From IMG/VR virus record IMGVR_UViG_3300038393_003169, positions 1 to 42,792 of that record: DNA of 42,792 nucleotides; one strand, 5' to 3'. The position numbers were made by a program, and so were the translations under genes. Below, in pieces: positions 7,372 to 15,886 of the stretch (position 1 is the first letter of the stretch; every line of letters starts with the position of its first letter). This DNA comes from a virus. Its lineage: Duplodnaviria; Caudoviricetes. The notes below the pieces were generated by a model, which searched no databases, had not been told where the DNA came from, and was given only the letters and a program-made list of their open reading frames with translations.

Positions 7372-7725
7372 TCATGCCGGCTGGTCCTGGCGAAAGAAGC
7401 CGGCATGTCGGCGGGCCCCATCGGCACGTGGACGTGACCGAAGTAGCGCCTGCAGGTGATCCCATGCGGCCTGGGTATCGGCGTCGTCGGCGGGATGCAG
7501 ACCAGCCTGAAGACGGACGACGGCGTGCACGCGCGCGCGTCGAGCGCGATCCTGGTCGGCCGCGGTGATGGCTTCATGCTCGCGGTGCAGCGCATGCACC
7601 AGGTCGCAGGTGGCGCGGTTGACAACCGCGACCTCGCCGGCGAGATCTATGTCCCCTTGTTCGGCAAGGGCGTCGACGACACGGTTGGCCACCGCGCAGG
7701 CGTAGGGCAGGGCGCGGTCGGTCAT
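7372..7725 (-). CDS. Hypothetical protein
   Basis: ATGA overlap with the upstream gene. Confidence 0.62.
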   Translation of the reverse strand: MTDRALPYACAVANRVVDALAEQGDIDLAGEVAVVNRATCDLVHALHREHEAITAADQDRARRARVHAVVRLQAGLHPADDADTQAAWDHLQALLRSRPRADGARRHAGFFRQDQPA

Positions 7726-8027
7726 GGCGTCCACCAGCCGAAATAGAGGGCGAGCAGGGCGCCGTCGGCGGCGCCGATCAGGACGGCGAACAGGATCCAC
7801 ACCGGGCGCATGCTGTCGTGCGCACGCCACAGCGCATCGACCAGGCGATCGAGACGGCTGGGGAGAGGCGGCTTGACCAACGCGAGCATCGGCTTCGGGT
7901 CTGCGCGCCACTCCTGTTCGCGCACGCGCAGGGAACGGCGCTCGCTGTGGAAGATGGCGTCGGCCTGGGCGGCGCTGTAAGCGGCGATGCCATGCCGCTG
8001 GCGTAGGTTCTGGGTGGGGGCGCTCAT
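7722..8027 (-). CDS. Hypothetical membrane protein
   Basis: C-terminal hydrophobic segment VWILFAVLIGAADGALLALYFGWW; coupled to neighbours. Confidence 0.7.
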   Translation of the reverse strand: MSAPTQNLRQRHGIAAYSAAQADAIFHSERRSLRVREQEWRADPKPMLALVKPPLPSRLDRLVDALWRAHDSMRPVWILFAVLIGAADGALLALYFGWWTP

Positions 8028-8233
8028 GCGTGACCGCCAGAACTCAGCCAGCCCACCCAGCGGAACGCGTTCTCGCTATGGAAGGCTGCCATCTTGCGCA
8101 GGCCTTCGGCGATGCCGATGGAGAGGCTCGGTTCGTCGGCCGCGAACGCTGCCATGCGCAGCGCGTCCTCGCAATTCTTCGCCTCGTGGACGATGCCGGC
8201 CTTGGCGCGCTCGCTGCGCTCTGCCGTGTTCAT
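8024..8233 (-). CDS. Hypothetical protein (MNTAERSERAK...)
   Basis: ATGA overlaps at both ends. Confidence 0.68.
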   Translation of the reverse strand: MNTAERSERAKAGIVHEAKNCEDALRMAAFAADEPSLSIGIAEGLRKMAAFHSENAFRWVGWLSSGGHA

Positions 8234-8508
8234 GCGGCCGCCTGGCGCGACTGGCGCGCGGGCAGGCGCAGCGACAGCTGCGGGAAGCTGCGCCACTCGG
8301 CCTCGGCATCGGCGAGGGACGTATGAAGGCCGGTGCTATGACCGCAGTCGCGGGTGGTGCACTGGACGGCATGGCGTTCGCCGCTGGGGGCGAACTGCAC
8401 CGGTTCGTTGATACCGCGGCCACGGGCGATCACGTGGCGCGGTTCCAGGCCGCACCGCGGGCATGCGGTGAACCGACCGGGTTCGTGCTGGACGACTCGC
8501 TGGAGCAT
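8230..8508 (-). CDS. Zinc-ribbon protein, Lar (restriction alleviation)-like; first gene of the leftward operon
   Basis: AAGGAGG RBS; CPRCG...VQCTTRDCG...AEAEW pattern; Lar similarity tentative. Confidence 0.7.
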   Translation of the reverse strand: MLQRVVQHEPGRFTACPRCGLEPRHVIARGRGINEPVQFAPSGERHAVQCTTRDCGHSTGLHTSLADAEAEWRSFPQLSLRLPARQSRQAAA

Positions 8509-8544
8509 GGTCCCCTCCTTGCCCCGTGGTAGGGGCGTGAAGGG

Positions 8545-8573
8545 ACGTTAGCGCTCAGCTAAACGTGTGTCAA
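8545..8573 (-). promoter_or_regulatory. Leftward early sigma70 promoter (PL-like)
   Basis: TTGACA-17 bp-TAACGT on the minus strand, 37 bp upstream of the first leftward gene. Confidence 0.85.
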
Positions 8574-8587
8574 TAGCTAACAGCTAA
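8548..8587. promoter_or_regulatory. Left operators: TTAGC-GCTCA-GCTAA (8548-8562) and ATAGC-TAACA-GCTAA (8573-8587)
   Basis: 15-bp dyads overlapping PL; same consensus recurs between cI and cro. Confidence 0.82.
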
Positions 8588-8609
8588 ATCGTTTAGCGGG
8601 CAATCTCTG

Positions 8610-8996
8610 CTACGTCGCACGGCCAGCAAGGGCGGCGGCATCCAGGACCCGCCGGACGGCTTCGGATGCTGCGCGGTAGTTGTCGATGAGTGCCAGCTCG
8701 CGCCGTGTAAGCGCGATTGACGGCGGATCTGGCATGTAGTGCGGGGATGGCTCCGCGACTTTGCCCTCATCCCACAGCGGGCGATCCATTGCGCCCCGGT
8801 CGAAGCCCAGTCCGGACTCGATTTTTCGCGCGGTGTCGTCGCCCATCTTCTTGCCAGCCTTTAGCTGGCTGAGGTACGAGGCGCCGATGCCGCCGAGTGC
8901 TTGGCCGGCATCCTTGTGTTTCGTGACGCCACGGCCCGGCAGCACCTGGTTAAGCAGATGTAGCAAGTTTCGGTGCCGTATCTGGTTGACGTCCAT
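8610..8996 (-). CDS. CI-like XRE-family repressor without a peptidase S24 domain
   Basis: IRHRNL...ASYLSQLKAGKKMGDDTARKIESGLG..GAMD HTH pattern; divergent from cro. Confidence 0.87.
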   Translation of the reverse strand: MDVNQIRHRNLLHLLNQVLPGRGVTKHKDAGQALGGIGASYLSQLKAGKKMGDDTARKIESGLGFDRGAMDRPLWDEGKVAEPSPHYMPDPPSIALTRRELALIDNYRAASEAVRRVLDAAALAGRAT

Positions 8997-9005
8997 GCGC
9001 GAATT

Positions 9006-9070
9006 TTAGCCTTTGCCTAATTTTCAGCGGTTAGCTGAGGGCTTTACAGAAACCTTTAGCTGTGCGCTAA
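9006..9070. promoter_or_regulatory. Right operators: 9006-9020, 9024-9038, 9056-9070 (consensus TTAGC-N5-GCTAA)
   Basis: TTAGCCTTTGCCTAA, TCAGCGGTTAGCTGA, TTAGCTGTGCGCTAA in the AT-rich cI-cro spacer. Confidence 0.82.
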
Positions 9071-9079
9071 ATACGCTCC

Positions 9080-9340
9080 ATGGACCAGACGCCCGCCACT
9101 GAGACCCCTACAGGCATCGCTGCGTTGGATTTGGCGTGTCGCCTATTGGGAAGCCAGGACAGCCTGGCAGACACGCTTCAGATCAAGTCGCCGTCGATTA
9201 CCGGCTGGCGGGACCGCAACCGCGTTCCAGCTGAGCGTTGCCGGGAGATCGAAGCAGCGACCCACGGCCGCGTGACCCGCTATCAACTGCGGCCCGACGT
9301 TTTCGGGCCCGCCCCGCAACCCGTCCAGCAGGCCGGCTGA
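9080..9340 (+). CDS. Cro/YdaS-like regulator
   Basis: GSQDSLADTLQIKSPSITGW...VPAERCREIEAATHGRVTRYQLRPDVF. Confidence 0.9.
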   Translation: MDQTPATETPTGIAALDLACRLLGSQDSLADTLQIKSPSITGWRDRNRVPAERCREIEAATHGRVTRYQLRPDVFGPAPQPVQQAG

Positions 9341-9424
9341 CATGGCCGGCTTTCGCATGGGTTTCGCGGAACAGGGCAGGGCGGTCTTCATCCGCTCACG
9401 TTCTCATCACATGGGCGAGCGCGC

Positions 9425-10027
9425 ATGAACCCGAATTCTCATATTTCGCGACCGCTGCTGCTGATGGACATCACCGAGCGGGCCGTTCGCGAGACGCGGG
9501 GTGGTGTCATCGCCTTCGCTGACCGCGTTGCCGACTTCTACCTGGAATCGGTGCCGGCCGAGCAGCGACGGGCCAAGATCAAGCCAGTGGTGGGCGACAT
9601 CGCGCAGATGTCCGCGGCGCAGCGTGCGAACCGGCAAACGGTGGACCGCTACATCAAGGGCGACGTCAAGGCGTTCCCCGCGGACCTCGAGGAAGCCTGG
9701 GTTCGCGCCTTGCAGGAACCGTATCAGGGCGAGGCATTGCGCGAGCTCTCGGCGCGCTATGGGTTGCTGCCGGCGCGGGTGCGCTTGGATCAGGCACCCA
9801 TCGCCACGCTAGGTGACCTCACGGCACGCGTCGGCGATTTGCTGACGCGCACAGCGCCGATCGTCTCCGACAACAAGATCGATGCGGCGGACCAGCCGTT
9901 CATCAAGCCGGCATTGGCGGCGATCGTTGAACTACAGGCGCAGCTGGCCAGCCTCGAAGCGCAGCTCATTGCTGCGCTGCCCGACGCCGGCGCGACGGTG
10001 CATCCACTGGTTCGTTCGAAAAGCTAA
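9425..10027 (+). CDS. Phage regulatory protein, CII-like by position
   Basis: Directly after cro; helical, with a DNKIDAAD motif as in CII-type proteins. Confidence 0.7.
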   Translation: MNPNSHISRPLLLMDITERAVRETRGGVIAFADRVADFYLESVPAEQRRAKIKPVVGDIAQMSAAQRANRQTVDRYIKGDVKAFPADLEEAWVRALQEPYQGEALRELSARYGLLPARVRLDQAPIATLGDLTARVGDLLTRTAPIVSDNKIDAADQPFIKPALAAIVELQAQLASLEAQLIAALPDAGATVHPLVRSKS

Positions 10028-10091
10028 GGCCCGGCCCGCGAGGGAAGGGTGGATAGGTGTGATCGCGGCTCGGCCGCGCAGGGGGTTGGAA

Positions 10092-10313
10092 GTGGACGCG
10101 ATCGATCTGGCGCAAGCCAGGCAACAGGACGACATCGACCATGCCTTGGCGGCGCGGAAGGTGTCCGGGCCGGGTGCCGACTTCTGCACGATGGAGGATT
10201 GTGGCGAGCCGATCTCAGAGCAGCGTAAGGCCATGGGTGCGACGCGCTGCGTCGACTGCCAGGCTGACCACGAACGGGAGGCGCTGCGGTGGGCACCGCG
10301 CGCGTACGCCTGA
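10092..10313 (+). CDS. TraR/DksA C4 zinc-finger protein
   Basis: MDAIDLAQ N-terminus; CTMEDCGEPISEQR...RCVDCQ. Confidence 0.88.
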   Translation: MDAIDLAQARQQDDIDHALAARKVSGPGADFCTMEDCGEPISEQRKAMGATRCVDCQADHEREALRWAPRAYA

Positions 10314-10483
10314 CATGCCCGCTCAACTCTCGCGAGCGCGCCTTGCTGCAGCAGGCGCGGGAACAGGTGTCCCGCTTGCTGACGGAGGGAGTGACGCCGG
10401 AACAGGTGGCCGAGGCGCGCTCAGCGCTGGACGCTCTCAATTTACCTCGCCAGCCGTCGCTGGCCTTCCCCCCTTCACGGTAG
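10289..10483 (+). CDS. Small hypothetical protein, start uncertain
   Basis: Helical-looking ORF filling the gap in the rightward operon. Confidence 0.45.
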   Translation: MGTARVRLTCPLNSRERALLQQAREQVSRLLTEGVTPEQVAEARSALDALNLPRQPSLAFPPSR

Positions 10484-10491
10484 CGCCGCAA

Positions 10492-10809
10492 ATGTCCGGG
10501 GCCTGTGCAGGGAATGCAAACGAGACCGTCACGGGCACATTGCCTGTGGCAGCACGCATAGCGCGGGTGTACGCGGCTGGTGCCGACCTTCGACGGGTGG
10601 CCTCAGACATCGCCGAGCGCGCTTGGGCGACGAAGGGCGTGCGGGTGTACCGCTGGCCCAACGGGATGCTGGCGCTGGTGGTACCGGGCAGCAATGCCGA
10701 CCAGGCGTTGCTCAAGTACTGCGAGCGTTTCCTGCTCGCGACCTGGACGCGCGGCACCACCTGCGGCCGGGTGCTCGACGAGCTGCGTGCTGCGGGGCGG
10801 AAGGCATGA
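10492..10809 (+). CDS. Hypothetical protein
   Basis: ORF in operon orientation; start uncertain. Confidence 0.55.
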   Translation: MSGACAGNANETVTGTLPVAARIARVYAAGADLRRVASDIAERAWATKGVRVYRWPNGMLALVVPGSNADQALLKYCERFLLATWTRGTTCGRVLDELRAAGRKA

Positions 10810-10995
10810 CCGCCCGCCCGCCTTTCCCCGTCTCCCCGGGGGTGATTGAAGGGCGCGAGGGGCAGGCGACGGCCACCCCTTGGCCTCGCGGCGGCGTCGA
10901 GCAGCCCTGTCCGGTCGCGGGTCCTCCTGGCCCCTGCCGCATGCGGGTAGCACGGCCGCAATTCCTGGGTAGTTAGCGAGCACGGAAGTTATTGA

Positions 10996-13389
10996 ATGGC
11001 AGCAAGCAACTACTCGGACGTCCTCGACCAGCTGCGTGCGGCTGGCTTGCAGGTCGATCACCTGGACGTGGGCCGCATGGTCCGCTGTCGCGTGGAAGGC
11101 GATCGCGAGCGCCGCGGTTGGTACGCCCTGCACGAGCTGCAGGCGCAGGGTGGCGATCTGCTGCTGGTCGGCAGCTTCGGCGTGTGGCGCGGCCAGGACA
11201 ACGGCGCGCAGAAGATCGAGCTGAGCAAGACCGCGTTCTCAACCGAGCAGCGGGACGCGATCCGCAAGCGCATGGTCGAGGACCGCAAGCGCGCCGACCG
11301 CTTGCGGGCAGCCGAGGCAGAGCGCGCCGCGGTGAAGGCCGCGAAGGCGTGGTCCGCCTGCGCACCCACCGGCGATTCGCAGTACCTGGTGCGCAAGGGC
11401 GTCGGAGCGCACGGCCTGCGGTTCTCGCCATCGGGTGCATGCGTGGTGCCGATGCTGGACACGGCCGGCAAGATCCATGGCCTGCAGGTGATCCGTCCCG
11501 ACAAAAAACAGGGTGGCAGGGATAAGGACTTCTGGCCGGCCGGCTTGGCCAAAAAGGGCCACTTCCATTTGATCGGCACGCCGACGTGGATCGTGCTGGT
11601 CGCCGAGGGCTATGCCACTGGTGCGACGCTGCACGAAGCCACTGGCCTGCCGGTGGCGATCACCTTCGATGCCGGCAACATCGGTCCCGTCGTCGCCTCC
11701 CTGCGCAAGCGGTACAAGCAGGCGAAGATTCTGATCGCAGCCGACGACGACATCCTGGCCAAATGCCAGCATTGCCGTGAACGGCTCATCCTGCCCGACC
11801 ACCCTGAAACCTGCCCGGCGTGCGAGAAGCCGCACGGCAAGGCCAACGCCGGCGTCACCTGTGCCAGCGCCGCGGCGCTTGAGGTCAGCGGCGCCTGGTT
11901 ACGCCCCGCCTTCGCCGATGAGGCGGGCCGGCGGGCCAAGTTCCTGGCCACCGGCGCCAAGCCCACCGACTTCAACGACCTGCACGCCGCCGAAGGCCTG
12001 CATGTCGTGCGCACGCAGGTCGAAGCCCGCCTCACGGAATTGGGTTGGTCCGCCACCGCGGCGCGGCGGCGTTCACCCAGCGCCGGGGGGAAGGGGAGCG
12101 ACGAACTTCGCCCCATCGAAACCCTCGACGAACTGCTCGAGCGCTTCGCCCTGGTGTACGGGCAGGGCGGCACGGTGTTCGATCGCCAGGAGCATTGCCT
12201 GCTGTCGCTGGGTGACATGCGCGATGCCTGCATGAGCCGCGAGATCCACCGCGCATGGGCCGAACACCCCGACCGCAGCATCGTGCGCGTGCGCGAGGTC
12301 GGCTTCGATCCGGCCGGCGAAGACCCGGCCATCAAGTGCAACCTCTGGTCGGGCTGGCCGACGACGCCCAAGGCCGGCAAGTGCGACAAGCTGCTCGACC
12401 TGTTGCGCTACATGTGCAGCGGCGATCCGGCGCCGAACGCGCTCTACGAATGGGTGCTCAACTGGCTGGCCTACCCGATCCAGCACCCGGGCGCCAAGCT
12501 CAAGACCACGCTGGTGCTGCATGGCCCACAGGGCACCGGCAAGAACGTGTTCTTCGAAGCGATCATGGCGATCTACGGCCACTACGGCCGCGTCATCGAC
12601 CAGACCGCGATCGAGGACCGCTTCAACGACTGGGCTAGCCGCCGGCTGTTCCTGATCGCCGACGAAGTGGTCGCCCGCTCCGACCTCTACCACGTCAAGA
12701 ACAAGCTTAAGGCGTTCATCACCGGCGAATGGATCCGCATCAACCCGAAAAACATGGCCGCCTACGACGAGCGGAACCACGTGAACGTGGTGTTCCTCTC
12801 GAACGAGGCCATGCCGGTGGTGTTGGAAGAGGACGACCGCCGCCACGCGGTGATCTGGACTCCCGAGAAGCTCGGCCCCTACGTGTACGACGAGATCTTC
12901 GCCGAGCTGGAAAACGGCGGCGTGGCAGCCCTGCACCACTACCTGCTGCACCACGACACCAGCTACTTCAAGCCCGGCACGCTGCCACCCTACACCGACG
13001 CGAAAGACGAGCTGATCGGCCTTAGCCTGGACAGTCCCACGCGCTTCATCCGCGACCTGCGCGCCGGCGACATCATCGGCGTCAGGGCCCGCCCGGCGCT
13101 GGCCACCGAGGTCTACGACCTCTACCGCGTCTGGTGTGGGCGAACCGGCCGCCGCGACGTGCGCAACATGCCACACCTGGTCAACACGCTCACCCGCAAG
13201 TGCAAGGTGCGGGAGGGGCGCAAGCGCTACATCGACGCCATGGGCAACACCAAGGGACCGCACAGCGTGTTGTTCCTGGGCGACGAAGAGTGCCCGCCAG
13301 GCGAGAGCGAAACCGGCTGGCTCGGCCAGCAGATCGACGGCTTCCGCAAGTCGGTCGGCATCTACCGGGGCGACAGCTATGACGGCTGA
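10996..13389 (+). CDS. Primase-helicase (TOPRIM plus C-terminal SF3/DUF5906-like P-loop)
   Basis: VAEGYATG, FDAGN, AADDD, DFNDL TOPRIM motifs; Walker A GPQGTGKN, Walker B LIADE, FLSN. Confidence 0.93.
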   Translation: MAASNYSDVLDQLRAAGLQVDHLDVGRMVRCRVEGDRERRGWYALHELQAQGGDLLLVGSFGVWRGQDNGAQKIELSKTAFSTEQRDAIRKRMVEDRKRADRLRAAEAERAAVKAAKAWSACAPTGDSQYLVRKGVGAHGLRFSPSGACVVPMLDTAGKIHGLQVIRPDKKQGGRDKDFWPAGLAKKGHFHLIGTPTWIVLVAEGYATGATLHEATGLPVAITFDAGNIGPVVASLRKRYKQAKILIAADDDILAKCQHCRERLILPDHPETCPACEKPHGKANAGVTCASAAALEVSGAWLRPAFADEAGRRAKFLATGAKPTDFNDLHAAEGLHVVRTQVEARLTELGWSATAARRRSPSAGGKGSDELRPIETLDELLERFALVYGQGGTVFDRQEHCLLSLGDMRDACMSREIHRAWAEHPDRSIVRVREVGFDPAGEDPAIKCNLWSGWPTTPKAGKCDKLLDLLRYMCSGDPAPNALYEWVLNWLAYPIQHPGAKLKTTLVLHGPQGTGKNVFFEAIMAIYGHYGRVIDQTAIEDRFNDWASRRLFLIADEVVARSDLYHVKNKLKAFITGEWIRINPKNMAAYDERNHVNVVFLSNEAMPVVLEEDDRRHAVIWTPEKLGPYVYDEIFAELENGGVAALHHYLLHHDTSYFKPGTLPPYTDAKDELIGLSLDSPTRFIRDLRAGDIIGVRARPALATEVYDLYRVWCGRTGRRDVRNMPHLVNTLTRKCKVREGRKRYIDAMGNTKGPHSVLFLGDEECPPGESETGWLGQQIDGFRKSVGIYRGDSYDG

Positions 13390-13446
13390 GCGCCCCCGTA
13401 ATTACTGCACTGGACCAGCTGCGTTCAGTACAAGAATGCCCGCCAC

Positions 13447-13674
13447 TGTGCGGCATGTGCGGCACCAGTGCGCCATCGTGTGCGGCGTCAAAGCCTTGCC
13501 GCGCCTCACTGTGCGGCATGTGCGGTATCTCCCCTATACATGCGCCCGCGCCTGCATGCACCCGCCCGCGCGCACATGCGCGCACGCCTCCCACCCGCAC
13601 ATGCCGCACATGCCGCACACCCGCGCCGCTGCGCCATTTCATCCCGCACACGATGGCGCACAGCATCCCGCACA
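13447..13674. repeat. Converging heptamer array, candidate replication origin
   Basis: Five TGTGCGG (13447, 13456, 13479, 13510, 13519) facing five CCGCACA (13595, 13604, 13613, 13644, 13668); perfect 18-bp inverted repeat 13468-13485/13644-13661. Confidence 0.8.
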
Positions 13675-13743
13675 GCCCCACGCGCGCGCGCTTTTTTCTC
13701 GCTTCACGCCCGTCCCGAAAGGAAAAATGGGGGAGATTCTCCT

Positions 13744-14334
13744 TTGAACGCCGCCGCGTCGACCGAAGAAACCGCCAGCCTCGCCGGCTTCGCCCGGCTG
13801 CTAGGCGTCAAGCCCAGCGCCGTCACCGCGCTCAAGCAGGCCGGCCGCCTGGTGATGACCGACGACGGCAAACGCGTGCGCATCGACGCCAGCCGGCTGC
13901 GCATCGCCGAGACGGCCGACCCCAGCAAAGGCGGCGTCGCTGCGCGTCACGCCGCCGAGCGGGCCGCGAAGGTCGGCGAAGCGCCGGCGGAATCCTCCAC
14001 CCCCGAGGGGGAAGGGCAGGAAGACGACGCAGGCACGCCCGGCTACCAGGCCAGCCGTGCCAAGCGCGAGCACTACGCCGCGCTGGCTGCTGCCCGCGAC
14101 TACGAGGTGAGCATCGGCAAGTTGCTGGACGCCGCCGAGGTCACGCAGGCCGTTGCGCAGGCGGCGACCACGCTGCGCACGCAGCTCGAAGCGCTGCCCG
14201 ACATCTTGGCGCCGCAGCTCGCTGCGATCGCCGACGAAGCCCAGGTGCGCGCCACCCTCGCCGAAGCGATCGAGCACGCCCTGGAAGAAACCTCCCGCCA
14301 GTTCTTCGCCATCGCCCGACAGGGGGACGCGTGA
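13744..14334 (+). CDS. Terminase small subunit (Nu1-like)
   Basis: TTG start after GGGAG; N-terminal HTH SLAGFARLLGVKPSAVT; C-terminal AKREHYAA...GKLLDAAEV...LEALPDILAPQL. Confidence 0.75.
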   Translation: MNAAASTEETASLAGFARLLGVKPSAVTALKQAGRLVMTDDGKRVRIDASRLRIAETADPSKGGVAARHAAERAAKVGEAPAESSTPEGEGQEDDAGTPGYQASRAKREHYAALAAARDYEVSIGKLLDAAEVTQAVAQAATTLRTQLEALPDILAPQLAAIADEAQVRATLAEAIEHALEETSRQFFAIARQGDA

Positions 14335-15077
14335 GCACCGCACCTGCTGCGCTTGACCAGCGCATCCTCGACGCCCTCACCGAGAGCGCCGACACCCTCG
14401 CCGATCTGTCCACGCGGCTGCGCGCCGATCCCGCCGACGTGCTGCGCACCCTGCAGCAGCTCGGCTCGCTCAAGCGCGTCGCCTGCCGGCGAGAGGATGG
14501 GGCCCTGCTGTGGGACTTGGCCGAGGCGGTGACCGCGCTCGAGCCGAAGGCGCTGCCTGTGCCCGCCACGTGTGCCACGGCCCCCGCTGTGGCGCCGGTG
14601 GTTCGGGCCAAGCCGCGCCGGCGGCCCAACCGTGCACGCGACACCAGCGGCATCACCGACCGCCTGCGTGCCATGGTCCGTGCCGAGCCGTGGCTTGTCG
14701 CCGGCGACCTGTTGACCCGGCTGCCAGACGCCAAGCCCTATGTGATCTACGCCCTGCTCAGCCAGCGGGTGCAGGCGGGCGAGTTCATCGCCCACCCGCC
14801 CATGGGGCGCTTCCGCCGTTACGCCGTGACCGGTACCCCGATCCCTGCGACCGTCGCGAAGTTGCCCGCCAAGCGCGTGCGTGCCGAGCGAAGCCATCCG
14901 CAGATCCACGGCGTGACGACCGCCTTTGAGCTGTGCCTGCGCTTCGTCGTCTGGGCCAACGGCTTGGATGGCGAGCCAGCCGCGGAGCTGATCGCGAAAG
15001 AGTTCGGGGTCAGCCTTGTCACCGCATACCGCTGGCGCGGCGCCTGGCATGCCGCGCGGGAGGCGCTGGCCGCATGA
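14331..15077 (+). CDS. Hypothetical multi-HTH DNA-binding protein
   Basis: GTGA overlap with terS; N-terminal wHTH-like segment and C-terminal IAKEFGVSLVTAYRW. Confidence 0.65.
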   Translation: MSTAPAALDQRILDALTESADTLADLSTRLRADPADVLRTLQQLGSLKRVACRREDGALLWDLAEAVTALEPKALPVPATCATAPAVAPVVRAKPRRRPNRARDTSGITDRLRAMVRAEPWLVAGDLLTRLPDAKPYVIYALLSQRVQAGEFIAHPPMGRFRRYAVTGTPIPATVAKLPAKRVRAERSHPQIHGVTTAFELCLRFVVWANGLDGEPAAELIAKEFGVSLVTAYRWRGAWHAAREALAA

Positions 15078-15301
15078 GTGAGGTCCTCAGCCATGCCGAC
15101 GAGCGTGCCCTGTACGAAAGCGACGCGGCGGCGTGGCGCGTGTACGCAGCGCCCCGCATTGCGGCGTCACTCGCGCGGTCCACCGATGTGGGCCTGTCCT
15201 GGTCGCTGCTGATGCGCGAAACGCAGGTCGCGGTCTGGCCACTGATGGACGAAGCCACCCAGGCGCGGGTGCGCGCTGCCCGTGAGGACCTTGCCGCATG
15301 A
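15074..15301 (+). CDS. Hypothetical protein
   Basis: ATGA overlaps at both ends; GGAGG RBS. Confidence 0.7.
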   Translation: MSEVLSHADERALYESDAAAWRVYAAPRIAASLARSTDVGLSWSLLMRETQVAVWPLMDEATQARVRAAREDLAA

Positions 15302-15489
15302 ATCTTCCGACGAAGCCGCAGGTGTGCGTCATCGACGGCCGCCTGGCCGTGTTCATGGGCACCGACTACAAGTTCCTCGAGCTGGAGGTCGCCGAGCGGT
15401 TCTGCCGGCTGGTGCAGTCCCAAACCGACAAGCTGCGGCGCGAACATCGGCGGGCTCTACGTGCTGCTGCCAAGAGGGCAGGGGTATGA
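15298..15489 (+). CDS. Hypothetical protein
   Basis: ATGA overlap; GAGG RBS. Confidence 0.68.
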   Translation: MNLPTKPQVCVIDGRLAVFMGTDYKFLELEVAERFCRLVQSQTDKLRREHRRALRAAAKRAGV

Positions 15490-15594
15490 AAGTAGCTGCC
15501 GCATCGCGTGAAGTTGTCAGCCATGTCTCGGCATCTGGCAGTCCGTGTAATGTGGACGCGACGAAACCCATCCATGCAATGCAGGAGAGCGTTG

Positions 15595-15813
15595 ATGTCT
15601 CAATGGAGCGAAAGTTCGAAGGTTATTGGCAAAGCTCGGTTTTTGGCGCACATCGACTCCGCAGCCTTCCAAAAGGCCGCGACGGGTCGGGTCGTGGACG
15701 ACATTGTTCTGTTGGACGATGGCGGGGACAGGCAGTCTGCATTAGCCGAGCTTGCGAGGCTCAAGGCTTTGTTCGTGGGCAAGCCATACTCAGACTGGGC
15801 GACTCTCAGCTAG
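15595..15813 (+). CDS. Small hypothetical protein in a lower-GC insert
   Basis: AGGAG RBS before ATG 15595; MSQWSESSKVIGKARFLAHID... Confidence 0.55.
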   Translation: MSQWSESSKVIGKARFLAHIDSAAFQKAATGRVVDDIVLLDDGGDRQSALAELARLKALFVGKPYSDWATLS

Positions 15814-15886
15814 CGGCCGGTCCCACTGGCAAGGAATCCGGTGGCGCGATTTTCGTGGCGCGCCTTTCGTGCTTGGCGGTGGTTGC

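Noticed and set aside
8509-8547. Inverted repeat that could sequester the first leftward RBS
   Set aside because: Its outer arm overlaps the -10 box and would not be transcribed, leaving only a 5-bp stem
13380-13747. His/Pro/Cys-rich ORFs across the repeat region
   Set aside because: Low-complexity translations of the TGTGCGG/CCGCACA repeats; better explained as a cis element
15060-15301. Frequent C-terminal -AA ends as ClpXP degrons
   Set aside because: Largely explained by GAGG...GCATGA RBS/stop-start overlaps
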